In this document: piece after piece, positions 37,943-49,460 of the stretch
Position numbering within the stretch: the stretch's first letter is position 1
Layout: every line of letters begins with the position of its first letter
Source: Marsupella aquatica
Lineage: Eukaryota; Plantae; Marchantiophyta
Assembly: GCA_973895155.1 (NCBI GenBank)
Contig: OZ316898.1
Location: 6,249,079-6,313,078, forward strand
DNA length: 64,000 nt
Reading direction: 5' to 3'
Program-made: the position numbers and the translations under genes
Notes under the pieces: generated by a model
Databases searched by the model: none
What the model saw: only the letters and a program-made list of their open reading frames with translations
Told to the model about the DNA's origin: nothing

Positions 37943-40280
37943 TCAAGCTCCCCCTTCAACGCCCTCTCCCTCCTCTGGGTCTCCGCCATGGCCCGATTGT
38001 TGGTTGCTATGTGGGCCTCCTCTGCGTCCCTCAGCTCTCGCTTCCACTTCTCCCTTTCCTTGACCGCATTGGCCAACTCCCCTTGGGTCCGAGTCAGTTT
38101 ATCCTTGATAATCTGATTATCAAACTGAGCGATATCCAATTGCCCTTGCATGATGTTTAGCTCATGCCGCTTAATCCGCAACTCATCTTGGACTTTCTTG
38201 GCCGCCTTCAGGTCCTCGGCCTTGGCTTCCTTCTCTCTAAGCCGTCGGATGACCTCGTCCTTCTTTCTTCTCTCCAAAGCCACCGCTTCTTCCAATCGGC
38301 GTTTTTCCAACATCTCTCTCTGGAAAAAAGGTCCTTGCTCCAACTCCTCCCCAAAGATGCTGAGCGCAAGTTCCCCACACATCTCCCCGTACTCCATGGC
38401 TCTTTCTTTAGCATAGGTGGAGTGAGTAGTAGTCATCGGCATCAACCACCGCGGCCTTTGTTCCCAAGCCACCTTCCTTATTTCTTCTATCGTGGTTGGA
38501 GGGCTGCCCTGTCTTTCTGCAAGCCGCCGGATGTCCTCTGGCCATTCTCCCCTAGGTAAATCCTTCTCCCTAGCCAGGGCTGCCTCCTCTACTTCCCTGA
38601 GTTGCTCTTGAAACTCTTGTGCCGTCTGTTTATCCCATCAAAGCTCGGGGGAGCGACATCTGGTGGGGGAGACTCCGGGTGGCTCTGCTGGGTGGGGTCC
38701 CCTCGAACTACTCTTGGAAGCGTGGGGATGAAACGGCCACAAATCTTTACTCCTGGGACATGATGGTCTGACCTGTAGTCGGAGTCATTATTGCCGTAGT
38801 CCTCCACCACCTCCTCCCCGGCTTGGACTACTAATTCCCCCCGCTGCTCTCCTTGTCTTGCTGTGAACACGGCCTCTTGCCGATCATAACTCACAGGTCC
38901 TAGTTCCTTCTCTGGCTTCCAGGCTGTCTTCTCCCTCTATTTACCGCAAACAGGAGCTTTAGGCTGCTCTCCCTTGACTTCAGGACTCGAGGCTCCTACA
39001 TACATTCAAACCCCCGGCTCGTGTTCCGACCTCCTTTCCTTGGCTCCGGTAAAGGGGTTTTCCCTCATGAGTCGGCTTAGGCCGATTTCTAGGGCAGTGT
39101 CCTATACTGGTGCCGTTGCCATTGCCGTCCTCTTCTCCTTCTCCAGCAATTTCAGCAGATTCTGCATGCCTGGTTGCTGCATCGGCAAGTCTTCCATCCT
39201 TGGCCTAAACACCTGCTCGATCGTAGGACTGTCGGGCTGGTTGGGTTTCTCTGCTGCCGGCCTCTGTTCCGGAACCTCCTCTGGTGCCCTTGCCTGCAGG
39301 GGAAGTACCGGGGCAAAGATCTGACTCCAGGCATACCGGCACAACAGCGGCATGTGATAGCCAAGTCGGGACACGCTTCCCTTGCCGATCACCTGCTGTT
39401 CCTCCTTCAAGATGAAGTTCAGTTGGGTGAGGAGGTACCCGTTGTAATCCCGGCTTGGGTTTGGCCTCTCCGCCAGGTAGACCTATGCCTTGCCAATCTC
39501 TGGCCTCGACAAGTTACAATGCATGGTTACCCGTAAGAAATCGATCATCTCTCCAATGTGCGGGTTGGTGCAGGTGTTCCAAAAGAAGCCATTCTTCGTT
39601 GATGGCCCTGGGAACAACCGAAACTCCTTATTAGGCAAGGTCTTCCTGGTATCTACTTTGGTCTTATTGCCCATTGGCAAGCCAAACGCTTCGGCAATCA
39701 CCCGAGGGGTGAGATAGAAATCCTTCCCATACACCGTTGTGGAATTGGTCTCGGGCTCCCATGATCCCACAAATTCTAATAAGTCTGAATCTGGCACCTC
39801 CGGCTTCAGCCATGGTAATTTCACGAAGGCTTCCAAGCCGGATCCGGCCATGAAGCCCTGGTACTTCTGAGTCTGCATAGCCGTAAAGCATGCATCCTCT
39901 TCATGTGCAAAGTGTAATCGCACTTCCTCGGGGAGGGTCGCCGCCCAGCCTTTCCAGGTATCATCCCTGGTTGGAACAACATTGATGGGGTCGATCTCCT
40001 CTTCTTCGGCTTCTTCCTGCCTCCTGCTTCCCTGCTTGGCTGGCTTCCTTGGTGCCGCCGACCTTGTTCTCTTCGCAGGGTGGTCTCTTCGTTGTTGGCC
40101 CCTTTCCTCTTTATAGCGGCTGCCGTGGATGTTTCTCCGAGCATGGTTGCCTTCGTCCACCCCTCCGTGTTACCCTTCAACTCCCAGTGTATGTTGTTGC
40201 AGCAGTTGATGGCTTCCCGGATGCCGACAATTTTGTTCTCGCAAAACAACCTTCTAGCTCGTCGCCAATAGGTGTCCACA
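37943..40280 (-). pseudogene. decayed PMD-like plus coiled-coil gene; C-terminal part continues at 30258-29952 beyond the CACTA
   Basis: GLEAFVKLPW..LLEFVGSWEPETNSTTVYGKDFYLTPRVIAEAFGLPMG..NGFFWNTC, then a heptad-rich region (37903-38472). Removing the CACTA gives in-frame ...LKGELEDIRGALEQKEAEL... Confidence 0.75.
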
Positions 40281-40846
40281 GGAATTCAGCCTTGATGAGT
40301 TCTCCTTCTAAGAAGGCAGACTTGTGCAGCTCCCACAGTCAAGCAAGCTCCTGCCGTTCTCGAGCTGCTCTTTTTTTATTCTTTGTCCTCGTAGGTCCCA
40401 ATGTACTCAGTTGCCCGTTCGAACAAGCATCCCCAAAAATGAGCAGCTTGATTGACGTTGCTCATACCCTTCTTGAGTTGATAGTTGGTATCTGCTCTCG
40501 CCCAGAGTGTTTGCCTAAGCAACTGACAGTAGTTGGCTTCATGTAGTCGTCTGCTTAGTTTGTGCTTGCAAAATGAGCCACCATTCTTTGCGATCGGTCC
40601 TTACCCCCCTCCTGCCTGGTCTTCCTTCCCGTTGGTTACCCATAGCCGCCGGCACTTAGCGTGCCCTAACCCTAATCATGTTCCATCCCCCGACGTTCTT
40701 ACTTCCGGCCTCGGCTCGGGTTCCATAGTCACCCTTAATTGTTTATATTTTCCTTGTTTTTGTTACTAGTATACTAATGTGTTTCCAGGGTACACTCCTG
40801 ATTTTACCATTTAAACTGGCCTAGTGATTCCTGGCTAGGCATCACA

Positions 40847-42527
40847 TGGATTACTCATTCTTGTTTGGCTACCCCGTTGGCTACGGCTTAGTTCTAGTTA
40901 ACCCTTAGTTAACCCTTGTGGTTTTTAGGGGGAGACCTGGTTTGGTGATTGTCTAGAACTTCCCGCTGAGGATTCCATATGGTAGCATTTAGTCCAGTCC
41001 CCAAGACAAGAGTCAAGGGGGAGTTTGTTAGATATTGCTCTAGTCTTGTGACTCATGAACTAACTACAATTAAGCTAACTCGGGTTAGGACTTAGCTAAT
41101 GTTAGCGGTAGTGTTGTTGTGTATTAAGCCAGGGCTGATGCCAGACCCTAGTGTAACTTAGACTCATTGTTACGGAGCTAGTTGAGAGATAGGGAGAGTT
41201 TGTGATGTGGATGCTTGGTATGGCCGGTCGCCCTAGAGTGCAATAAAGCTCTTGTGTGTTCCCGTGGATATAGCCTCAAGTGGAGGTGAACCACGTATCT
41301 CTCTGTGTTGACTATTGTGCGTTGGATGGTTCATGGGCTTGCCGTTGCAAATGTCGTCTATGCTCAACAAGTGGTATCAGAGCATGCCTGGGAGGTGACG
41401 AGGTTTTTTCGTGACGGTTTTTTCCAGCGTTCATTGTCGATGGTACATTTGGAGTTTCGTCGCATGAAACTTGAGTGTGTGTGGTTGAGCGGATAGGTTA
41501 GTGAGAGGGCTTTCTAACGGTGGTTATAACTCGCTGATCGGTATCCATGGTGCAGAGGAATTGATGTTTGCGTCGTTCAGGGTTTTATTTGTGTTCGACG
41601 GCTTTTTGGGGGAGAGACCAGAGTTTGTGTTTTTCAACGGTGTGAGCTGTGCGGTGTGGGATGGATCGCACATTATAGCTCAAGTTGAAGGTTGAAGCGA
41701 GCTGGTTATTTTGGTAGCTAGATTGCTGTCGAGTTGTTACCGAGTGCGTCGTGACGAGTGAAGGAGGCGTTCAGGTTTTCACAAGCTATGGAGCTTATTC
41801 ACATCTGAACCGGGTTTCTCTTTGTGACGTACGACTCGATGGAAAAAACTACGGCTCAACGGTTTGATCACGCCGAGGCGGTTGTTTTGAGTCCGGAATT
41901 GGCACTTGACGCGGAGTGAAGGCGACGCGGTGGAATTGTTTTTCTCTGCTGGAACTGCAGAATATGCCGGTGTAATTTGGAAACTTTTCCCATCGGTAGT
42001 CGGCACGATCTTTGTTTGAAATGACAATGATTAAGCCATTGAAGTTGGCAACACGACGCACCAATCACATCACGATTTCAATGACGGGTTGTACTTGGTA
42101 TTTTGGTTATTCCCTGAGGTGATCAAAACAGGGGAGTTTCCCAAGGTTTTACCCGCCCCAACCAAAATTTGAATAACTTTTCCATCAAATTTTGATTTTG
42201 ATTTCGGCTTTTAGTATTGGACTCCTAGCTTTGTGGGCTATGCGACGGTGTCAAGTTTTGAGTTTTATGAGAAGTTAAAAAAAAGACATTTGTTTGTGAT
42301 TATTTCATATGAGTGACTCGAAGGATACTGGGAGAATTGGCATCGGTGGAGCTTCAAGATCGCGACGATCAGACGGTGAGTCTGAGGAGGAGCTGCTACC
42401 GTTTGAGGAGGAACTAGTGTCACCGGTACGATCAGCGGTGTGGCGTGCAGTGGAGGAAGCTGTACTACTACCAGAGTTGTCGGTAGATGGCTAGATTCAG
42501 AGGAGTGAAGTTTGAGGTGGAGAAGTA
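40847..42527 (+). mobile_element. Copia copy B junction: 3' UTR + PPT, LTR (41026-41369), PBS, 5' UTR, truncated gag
   Basis: 40847-41025 matches the reverse complement of ~23353-23520; PBS tggtatcagagc at 41372-41383; 42309-42527 matches the start of copy A gag with a deletion. Confidence 0.92.
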
Positions 42528-44617
42528 GCGGGGGGTGGGGGTTTGAAATTCAGAGTAGCGGTGAGGACTTTGAACCGGGATTACAAACAAGTAATTAGTG
42601 CAACAGATATGAAGGGCTACACAAGAGTAACTCTTTTAGTTTACAAGGAAGTGCTTTTGATTGAAAAATCAAAAGGAATACCAAAAGCAAGACAGGCAAA
42701 CAACTACTACCCACATATATAGCATCTTCATCCTAGTACATGCCTATTTTGACTTATACAAAATAATTGAAACAATCATCATAAGAGTTCATGTGAGGAG
42801 ACATTTTAATTCGATTAGTTTATGAAAAATTTATCCTTGGACCCCCATGTTATTTTAGAGGCAATTATCTAGAAACTGAAGCCTAGATGGACCTCCAAAT
42901 CTAAAGATTTTTTTTTTCAAAAATGGACAAGTCAATGTTTGACACTTGAAACAGTTGCCAAACTTACCAAGGCAACCATAATTAACATCAATCGCAAAAC
43001 CAGCTGCAATGTGAACTATAGCTTAATGTGTGGGTAGCTTAATTTCCCACCTCAGCAAAACTATGCTCGACAGTTTCCTCCATGGTACCAAAGGGATGCT
43101 GGTGCACTCAAGTTGCATCGAAAGTAATCACTTTCAATTCCTACACGCAGATAGAGGAAGAGAGAGAAGTCATCGGTGTCATCAAATCACTAACTTTGCA
43201 TAATCATTTAAGGCAAAAAAATTCATGAAAACAAATCTCCAATTGTGGAATTTGGAATCGATTGAAAGCTAGAGAAATTTAGAAACACATGACCACTTTA
43301 GTACTTGATAAAATATCCCAATGTTACACTCATTGGAAACTAAAGAACATTGGAAACTTATAATCTCCTCAAATCTCAACTAAATCTATCAATGTTAAGT
43401 TCATTAAAAAGCTAAAGAAATTTTAAAATTCATAGTCTACTTAGTACTCGATAAAATCTGTCAATTTTAGGTTCATTCTCATGGAAGGGTTCAACATTTT
43501 AGGGGTTGTACAACAAAGATTTCTATTCACGATAGAGATTATGAAATCACGGGCAAAATCTAATTTTCAAATTATTTACTTAATTCTTATGGAATGATGA
43601 CAATGCTGAGCTCATCAGGACTGTCTCTTCAAGATCTTTCTAGCGCCATATTATACGTGAGTTTTCATTATGATTTGACTTAACAATGTCAAATCAAAAA
43701 TTACTATTGGGAAAATTTTTATGTTTTGAATAAATCAAAATGTAAATAAAACAGTTATTGCATGGAGCAGTTTCACCTCAATCTTTTTGTCTTGTGATTT
43801 GCATGTCAGTTTTTTTACATTCTTTTTACAGCATGGCGTCCCAATTTTACAGCTTACTTGCTACAAACACGAATGCAGAAGTTAAGTTTATCCAAAAACA
43901 AGTCTCTTCCTGTTTGCAACATGCCATGATGATGTGATGCGCTGTGGAGCCAGGAGTTTTGCAAAAGATCCCTAATGGGGGTCCGTAACAACTATTGAAA
44001 GAATGATTATAAGAAAGTTAATGAGTTCATGTGAGGAGACATTTTAATTTGATTAGTTTATAAAAAACAAGTATTGAAAGAATGATTATAAGAAAGTAAT
44101 AAAAAAACTGCACGTGACCCTTTTAAAAGTGAGAGAATCACAATACTTTAAGACAAATGCATTAATTTGAAGGTACTAGTCAATGTAAATGTATAGTTAT
44201 AGTACTTTATGATTCAAAGAGAAGAGCGCTAACTTTGTCCTTTTTAAATTTTCTGCTTTATTTGGTGGGGGTATCTATTTAGGTGACACCTGTTGATCAA
44301 TAAACCATGAACACCATTGATCAATAAACCAAATGAATGGCATATAAGATGCACTCATCAATTATCATAATACTAGTTGCTTGGTTGAAGGGTGGAACCT
44401 TCTCATGCAAGTAAGAAAATATGCCCTTCAAAATGAGATGTAAAATATAGGGAGCCTGATAAAGTCTAAGGAAATGAAAAAAATTAAAGGGGCTGCCAAA
44501 AATAACTAAATTCTAAATAATGCACGGCTAAAGCATGGACTAGGCCAGATTAACATAAAAATACATTGCAATCAGTTTGAATGAGACAAGATAGCCAAAG
44601 AGTCTCCTGCCATATGT

Positions 44618-44904
44618 CTCGGGGGGTTGACTATTAACAATCTTAGGAACCACGTGCGATCCAAAATAGGTATTTTTCATATAAATTAGCTAAATTTTTA
44701 AAAAGCGTAGGAAACAAAAGAAGGTATTATAAACCTATGTTTGTAGAATATTCTCTAATATATACCTTCTATAAAGTAAAATAGGTCATTACTATTGAAA
44801 ATAGAGAATATTTTTATAATATTCCCATTATAAAATAGGTGTGTTTATATTAGGCTAGGATCGCACGTGGTACCCCAAAATATACACTAAGTTAACCCCC
44901 CAAG
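44618..44904. mobile_element. MITE, hAT-like (8-bp TSD)
   Basis: TIRs CTYGGGGGGTTRACT..GG(A/T)ACCACGTGCGATCC; flanks CCATATGT (44610-44617) and CCATATAT (44905-44912); AT-rich interior; second partial copy at 29760-29951. Confidence 0.8.
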
Positions 44905-45194
44905 CCATATATAGCAGCCTCCGAAAACAATTTCACTTAGAGTCTGGCAATAAAAAATGAATAGACTCTAAGGTGAACTCAGTGAAGGTTGACCCAGGGA
45001 AGGGTCCAATCATCTAAGCTGGGTTGTGAGCTAGTTCAATATGAGGACACATCATCTAAAATTGTGTATTGCTAGTTCTTAGATGAAGCTTTGTTTCAAA
45101 CCATAGACTAACTAGAACAAAGCCCAGGTAATATGAGGTTGTCTATGAGTATTCTGCTTTCTTACAAGCTTTCTTACCAACGTATTAAAGAAGA

Positions 45195-46262
45195 CTACCT
45201 CAATACCCGTGCGTTGTAAAAGATGTCATGTCAGCCAAGATGTCGTGTCATCATTGTTGGCCAAGATGTTGTTAATGTTGAGCATATATAGGCAACAATT
45301 GCAACGACAAGCCCATGAACCATCCAACGCACAAGAGTCAACACAGAGAGATACGTGGTTCACCTCCACATGAGGCTACGTCCACGGGAACACACAAGAG
45401 CTTTATTGCACTCTAGGCCAACCGACCATACCAAACATCCACAGTACAAGCTCTCCCTATCTCTCAAATGGCTCCGTAACAATGAGCCTAAGTTCACACT
45501 CTCCAAGCAAACACTGCTTGGGTATAGAGTGTGCACAGCATGACTAACCTAACCAAGTCTGCGACTACGGTCAATCGTAACTCTAGACCTAAGAGTAAAT
45601 CCTAATAGTTAAGACAAAATATGTCATGTCGGCCCAACTTGTCGTTAAGAAAATAGAGGTCGTGTCCGGGGTCGTGTTGCCAATGATGTTATGTAAAAGA
45701 TGTCTTGAAAAAAAAGTTGTGTCACCAAAGAAGTCATTATTTAAAAGATGTCATTAAAACAAAGAAGTTATGTCACCAAAGAAGTTGTTATGTGAACGAT
45801 GTTGTCAAGTAAAAAGATGTCATGAAATAAGAAGATGTTGTTAAAAAGATGTCAAGTAAAAAGATGTCGTTAAAAAGAGTCGGGCAGGGGAGAAGGGAAG
45901 AGGGAGGGAGTGGGGCGAGGCAGAGGAGGGTGGTGGAAGGCTGATCTTAAGAGTGCGGTAGTCGGCGGTCAGAGCGCGGGGCAAGGGGGCAGGGTGATCG
46001 CCCCAGTCGTCGTAGAGGCTGGCCGCATGACATTTTATTTGCCTTGGCTCGGTGCTGTTGCCAAGATCAGACGGCAGTTGACCTCAGGAGCTGGTGTGAG
46101 GGCAGTTTTTGGTCGTTATTGCTTTGGTTTTTTTCCGTATTGAATTTATTTCACCCGAAACAGCCCTGTAAATTCAAATGGCAACCACGGCAAAAAAACG
46201 CTCAACTCCTTATTATGGTTTTTGATGTTGTCAAATGTGGTTGTCCCTTTATATATGTATTC
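45195..46262 (-). mobile_element. possible non-autonomous Helitron with an internal aaagatgtc minisatellite
   Basis: Minus-strand start atacatatataaaagggacaac and end caacgcacgggtattgaggtag resemble plant Helitron termini but are degenerate; tandem aaaagatgt(c/t) units at 45220-45875. Confidence 0.4.
45276..45607 (-). mobile_element. solo LTR related to Copia A/B
   Basis: Starts tgttgagcat; ~45310-45495 is near-identical to the copy A LTR; GTTAA TSD at 45271-45275 and 45608-45612; terminal CA appears mutated to TA. Confidence 0.8.
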
Positions 46263-47416
46263 CTAAACCCTGTCACCCCAGTCAAGAGTACTTTGTACAT
46301 TGGGGGAGGATCAATACAAATAAGATAATGGCCAGGGAGAGATTAGATAAAAAGTGTATTTGCAAGTACAATGATGACATCAAAAGGAAGTAGCATTGCT
46401 AAAGTGATAAGGAATATCAAGAAGTATTGTGCTCCCTTCATTTTTTTGCAGTGGCCCAATTTTTATTTGTTCTCTTGGCTTTGCATTGCATATTTGATTT
46501 CTTTCACTTGGCACAGAAAAAGGTAAATTTTGAATGACCACCACTTCAAAAAATGGAGCAACCCTTTATTATAGGAGTTAATTGGACTAGCAATGAGGAA
46601 ATGTGGAGAACCCAATAGAGGAGACCACTAGAGACAAACAAATTGTATTGTGGAGGAGGCATTCCCCCATAGCAGTACCTTTGCGTGAATTAGATAAAGA
46701 ATCAAACTGTAGTTTAAAAAAATGAGTGGAACCAGTGGAAGAGTGCAGAAAAACATAAAACTTTAAGGCCTGCCTGGAATTTCAGTTTGTATTGTCCAAG
46801 AGAAATATATTGTCGAAAAATATAGGCAAATTGGCAGTTAGTGGAACACCTGTGTGAGGCATTATTTTTTGTGATTAGGACACTATCGAACTCAGCAGAG
46901 GGATGCAAGCCTATACTTTTGGCTACAACATACTTTCCCTGAAACCCGGAGACATTTGCCAATGGGCACACCAGCTTTGCAAAGCGGATAGCTTGACAAG
47001 TGGGATCACATGCTTCCTTGCAACCCATTCTTATCCGTCTTCCTGGCAGAATGCCACTGGCTGTCCAGCGCTTGATTGTGCATCGCCCAGCTTCCCTCTC
47101 CTCTCGTCCTGCGCTGTGATTCTGTGTCCCTTCATCCCCCACCATTCGGCCGAATCACCTCAGCTCATGATCTCACACTCCGAGGTCTCTCCTGTTCAAC
47201 AGCTCCACCTTCCACATCGGAGCACCCCCTCACAGAGAACCTGCTCTCTATTTTCTAATTTGTTCAGAATTTCTTCTTTTGTCTCCAGTTGTACTATACT
47301 CATCTTTAGTGACAAATCGGTCCACTCCACCAGTATCTTCGCTGTGAATTCCATTGATTAAGCAGGTGGAGGGAAATTACCGCAGTCATTGAAGTATTGT
47401 AGAGACATTCAGAACG

Positions 47417-49460
47417 ATGATGATGATGCAGGCAGCAGCGACCCTCAGCTCTTGCAGTGCACAGGTGAGGCGAGGTGGATGAAGTTTTGAGGTTGTGGGT
47501 TATGTTTACGGCTTACGCCAATGCAAGGCTAATTTCAACCAATTGGGCATGGTTTGCATCATGCAGGCGGGTTCCGGAGCATTGGGGACGATAGTTGTGA
47601 AAACCAGAGTACAGTCCCAAAAGATTGCGCCATTGCAGCCGATTGTCAGCTTTAGGAGGAAGCCCCAGCAGAGCCGGCTGTTTCGAGTTAGAGCAGAGGC
47701 TCAGTCCACTGGAAAGCCTTCGGAGCAGTATGTAGATTACCAAGGGAGGAGCTCGTAAGACTTCTCGAGACCCCTTTGCATTTGTTACGTTTTTATTCTT
47801 CATGCTTAGAATGGTGACCTGATCACGATGGTGCCTCTGTGTAATGAATTGATTTGAATCAACTGCGGCAGCATGACTATTACTTCTTTTGAGCCCAAGT
47901 ACTTTGTGGTGTGTTTCAACCCCATGACACGTCCGCAATTTGTAATCGCCATGTTCCGAGCCATGTCTTATTCCAGGAACTAGCGTTACTTCTGTGGTTT
48001 CGTTGGCTGTAAAGTGAGGCTAGGTAGGGTGAGAGAAGTCCTTGCTGAACATATGAGATGTGGTCTCGTGCATGAATCTCGATCGTCCCTGCTGCAGTAT
48101 TTAAGGTGAGAGAGGAGAGGAGGATGTGATTAGTTAGGAAAATGTTAGGCTATGGCCTTTGCAGTGAAAGACATAGGAGGGAAGCGGATTGAATTACACA
48201 TCATAAGGCCATGAACTCGGGAAACGAGCACGGCAGGTGACCTTGCTTTCCCAAGTGAAGGGAGTCGGGTAGAGAACCAATAAATACTTTCCTGTACATT
48301 CATCCGCACATGGGTAGAGAGGAGCATAGAGAAGGCAAGGTGGCAATCGGAAATTCTTTGTAGAGCATAGCTTGGAGTCTTTCATGGAGGGCACATGTGG
48401 GAACGTGGGCATTCCTACGTTCTGTAGCTTTCGGTTTGATATCATCCATGTGTGCTATCGGCCATAGCTCTTGTAGCACACTCTCCACTCTCGGGCTGGT
48501 GTCAATTACTAACCTCTGGACTTCGCAATTTCCTTGTACCACCTGTCATCTGGTTCATTCAGAGTCGGGTAGCCTCTTATTCTTTCGTTGCAGTCTGCAG
48601 ATTGATCGCGTTTCAATGAGTACATCCAACTGAGGTGTAGTAAGACTCATGGTTCTAATGATTAATCAAATGAATGGATATGTACACTCAGGGTGTTCCC
48701 TGCAGAGGCATGTGAGGAGACCGGGGAAGGCTGTGGTGCCGTAGGGGTTGGCGAGGAGGTTCAGCCGACAGCCTCAGCAACTCCAGCTGAAGTAGAACAA
48801 AAGTCTGGCCCTGACCGAGAATACGAAGAGTATTCTGGGGAGAAGACGTAAATTCCCTACTCCTTATTCTATCTTCATTTCAACTTAATATGGTGTCGGA
48901 ATTTTAACCTGATTCTACCCTTTTCAAATCAGCGAGGATGTAAATCCAAAGGCAGACTATCGCCAGGTGAGTTTCGGCAATCGAGACAAGCTTTGGAAAG
49001 GTTGACAGAACTTGTCTCGACAATACTACCTGAGATACTGAACGTCAGATGGACTACTGTAATTTTGACGAAAATTTCAAAGCGGTTTCATTGGCCATTC
49101 CTTTCAGTGTTTTTCCTTAATTTCACTGTGTTCGACAACTATGCTATGTTTCATATCTGCAATCAACAATTTACCACTCGTGGAAATAATTGATTCATGA
49201 AGACTGGCAATTGATCGGGGCGAAGTATAGCTTTCGCATGCATCCCAGTGTCGTAGTACTTCTTATTGTAATTCTGGTTCGCTAGGTCCTTCGAATATTT
49301 TTGCGGACACGTTCTGCCAATGCCTTGTAACTTTTATTTCTTCTGGTGGTGGTGCAGGGTGTTCCCAGCAGAGGCATGTGAGGAGCTGGGAGGGGAATTC
49401 TGTGGACCTGAGTTTCAAGAAGGAGTTTTCCCTGAGAAGGTGCAAGCTTCCAAAAATTAG
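47417..49460 (+). CDS. LIR1: light-regulated chloroplast protein LIR1 (CCL); exons 47417-47464, 47567-47754, 48692-48847, 49358-49460
   Basis: Transit-peptide-like N-terminus (..RLFRVRAEA), VDY..SVFPAEACEETGEGC, DREYEEYSGEKTVFPAEACEELGGEFCGPEFQEGVF; GT-AG introns in consistent phase. Missed by the ORF track. Confidence 0.93.

Larger units (their letters stand above)
29952..40846 (-). mobile_element. second TGTGAYGCC-type element (3' end lost), inserted in the Copia B 3' UTR and split by a CACTA
   Basis: The minus strand begins TGTGATGCC at 40846 (compare TGTGACGCC at 13716), directly abutting Copia 3'-UTR sequence; it carries a gene homologous to 14183-16824. Confidence 0.6.

Noticed and set aside
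42785-44100. Short direct repeats (gagttcatgtgaggagacattttaatt at ~42785 and ~44023) as LTRs
   Set aside because: Only about 45 bp, with no TG...CA ends, PBS or PPT; an unclassified old AT-rich repeat.
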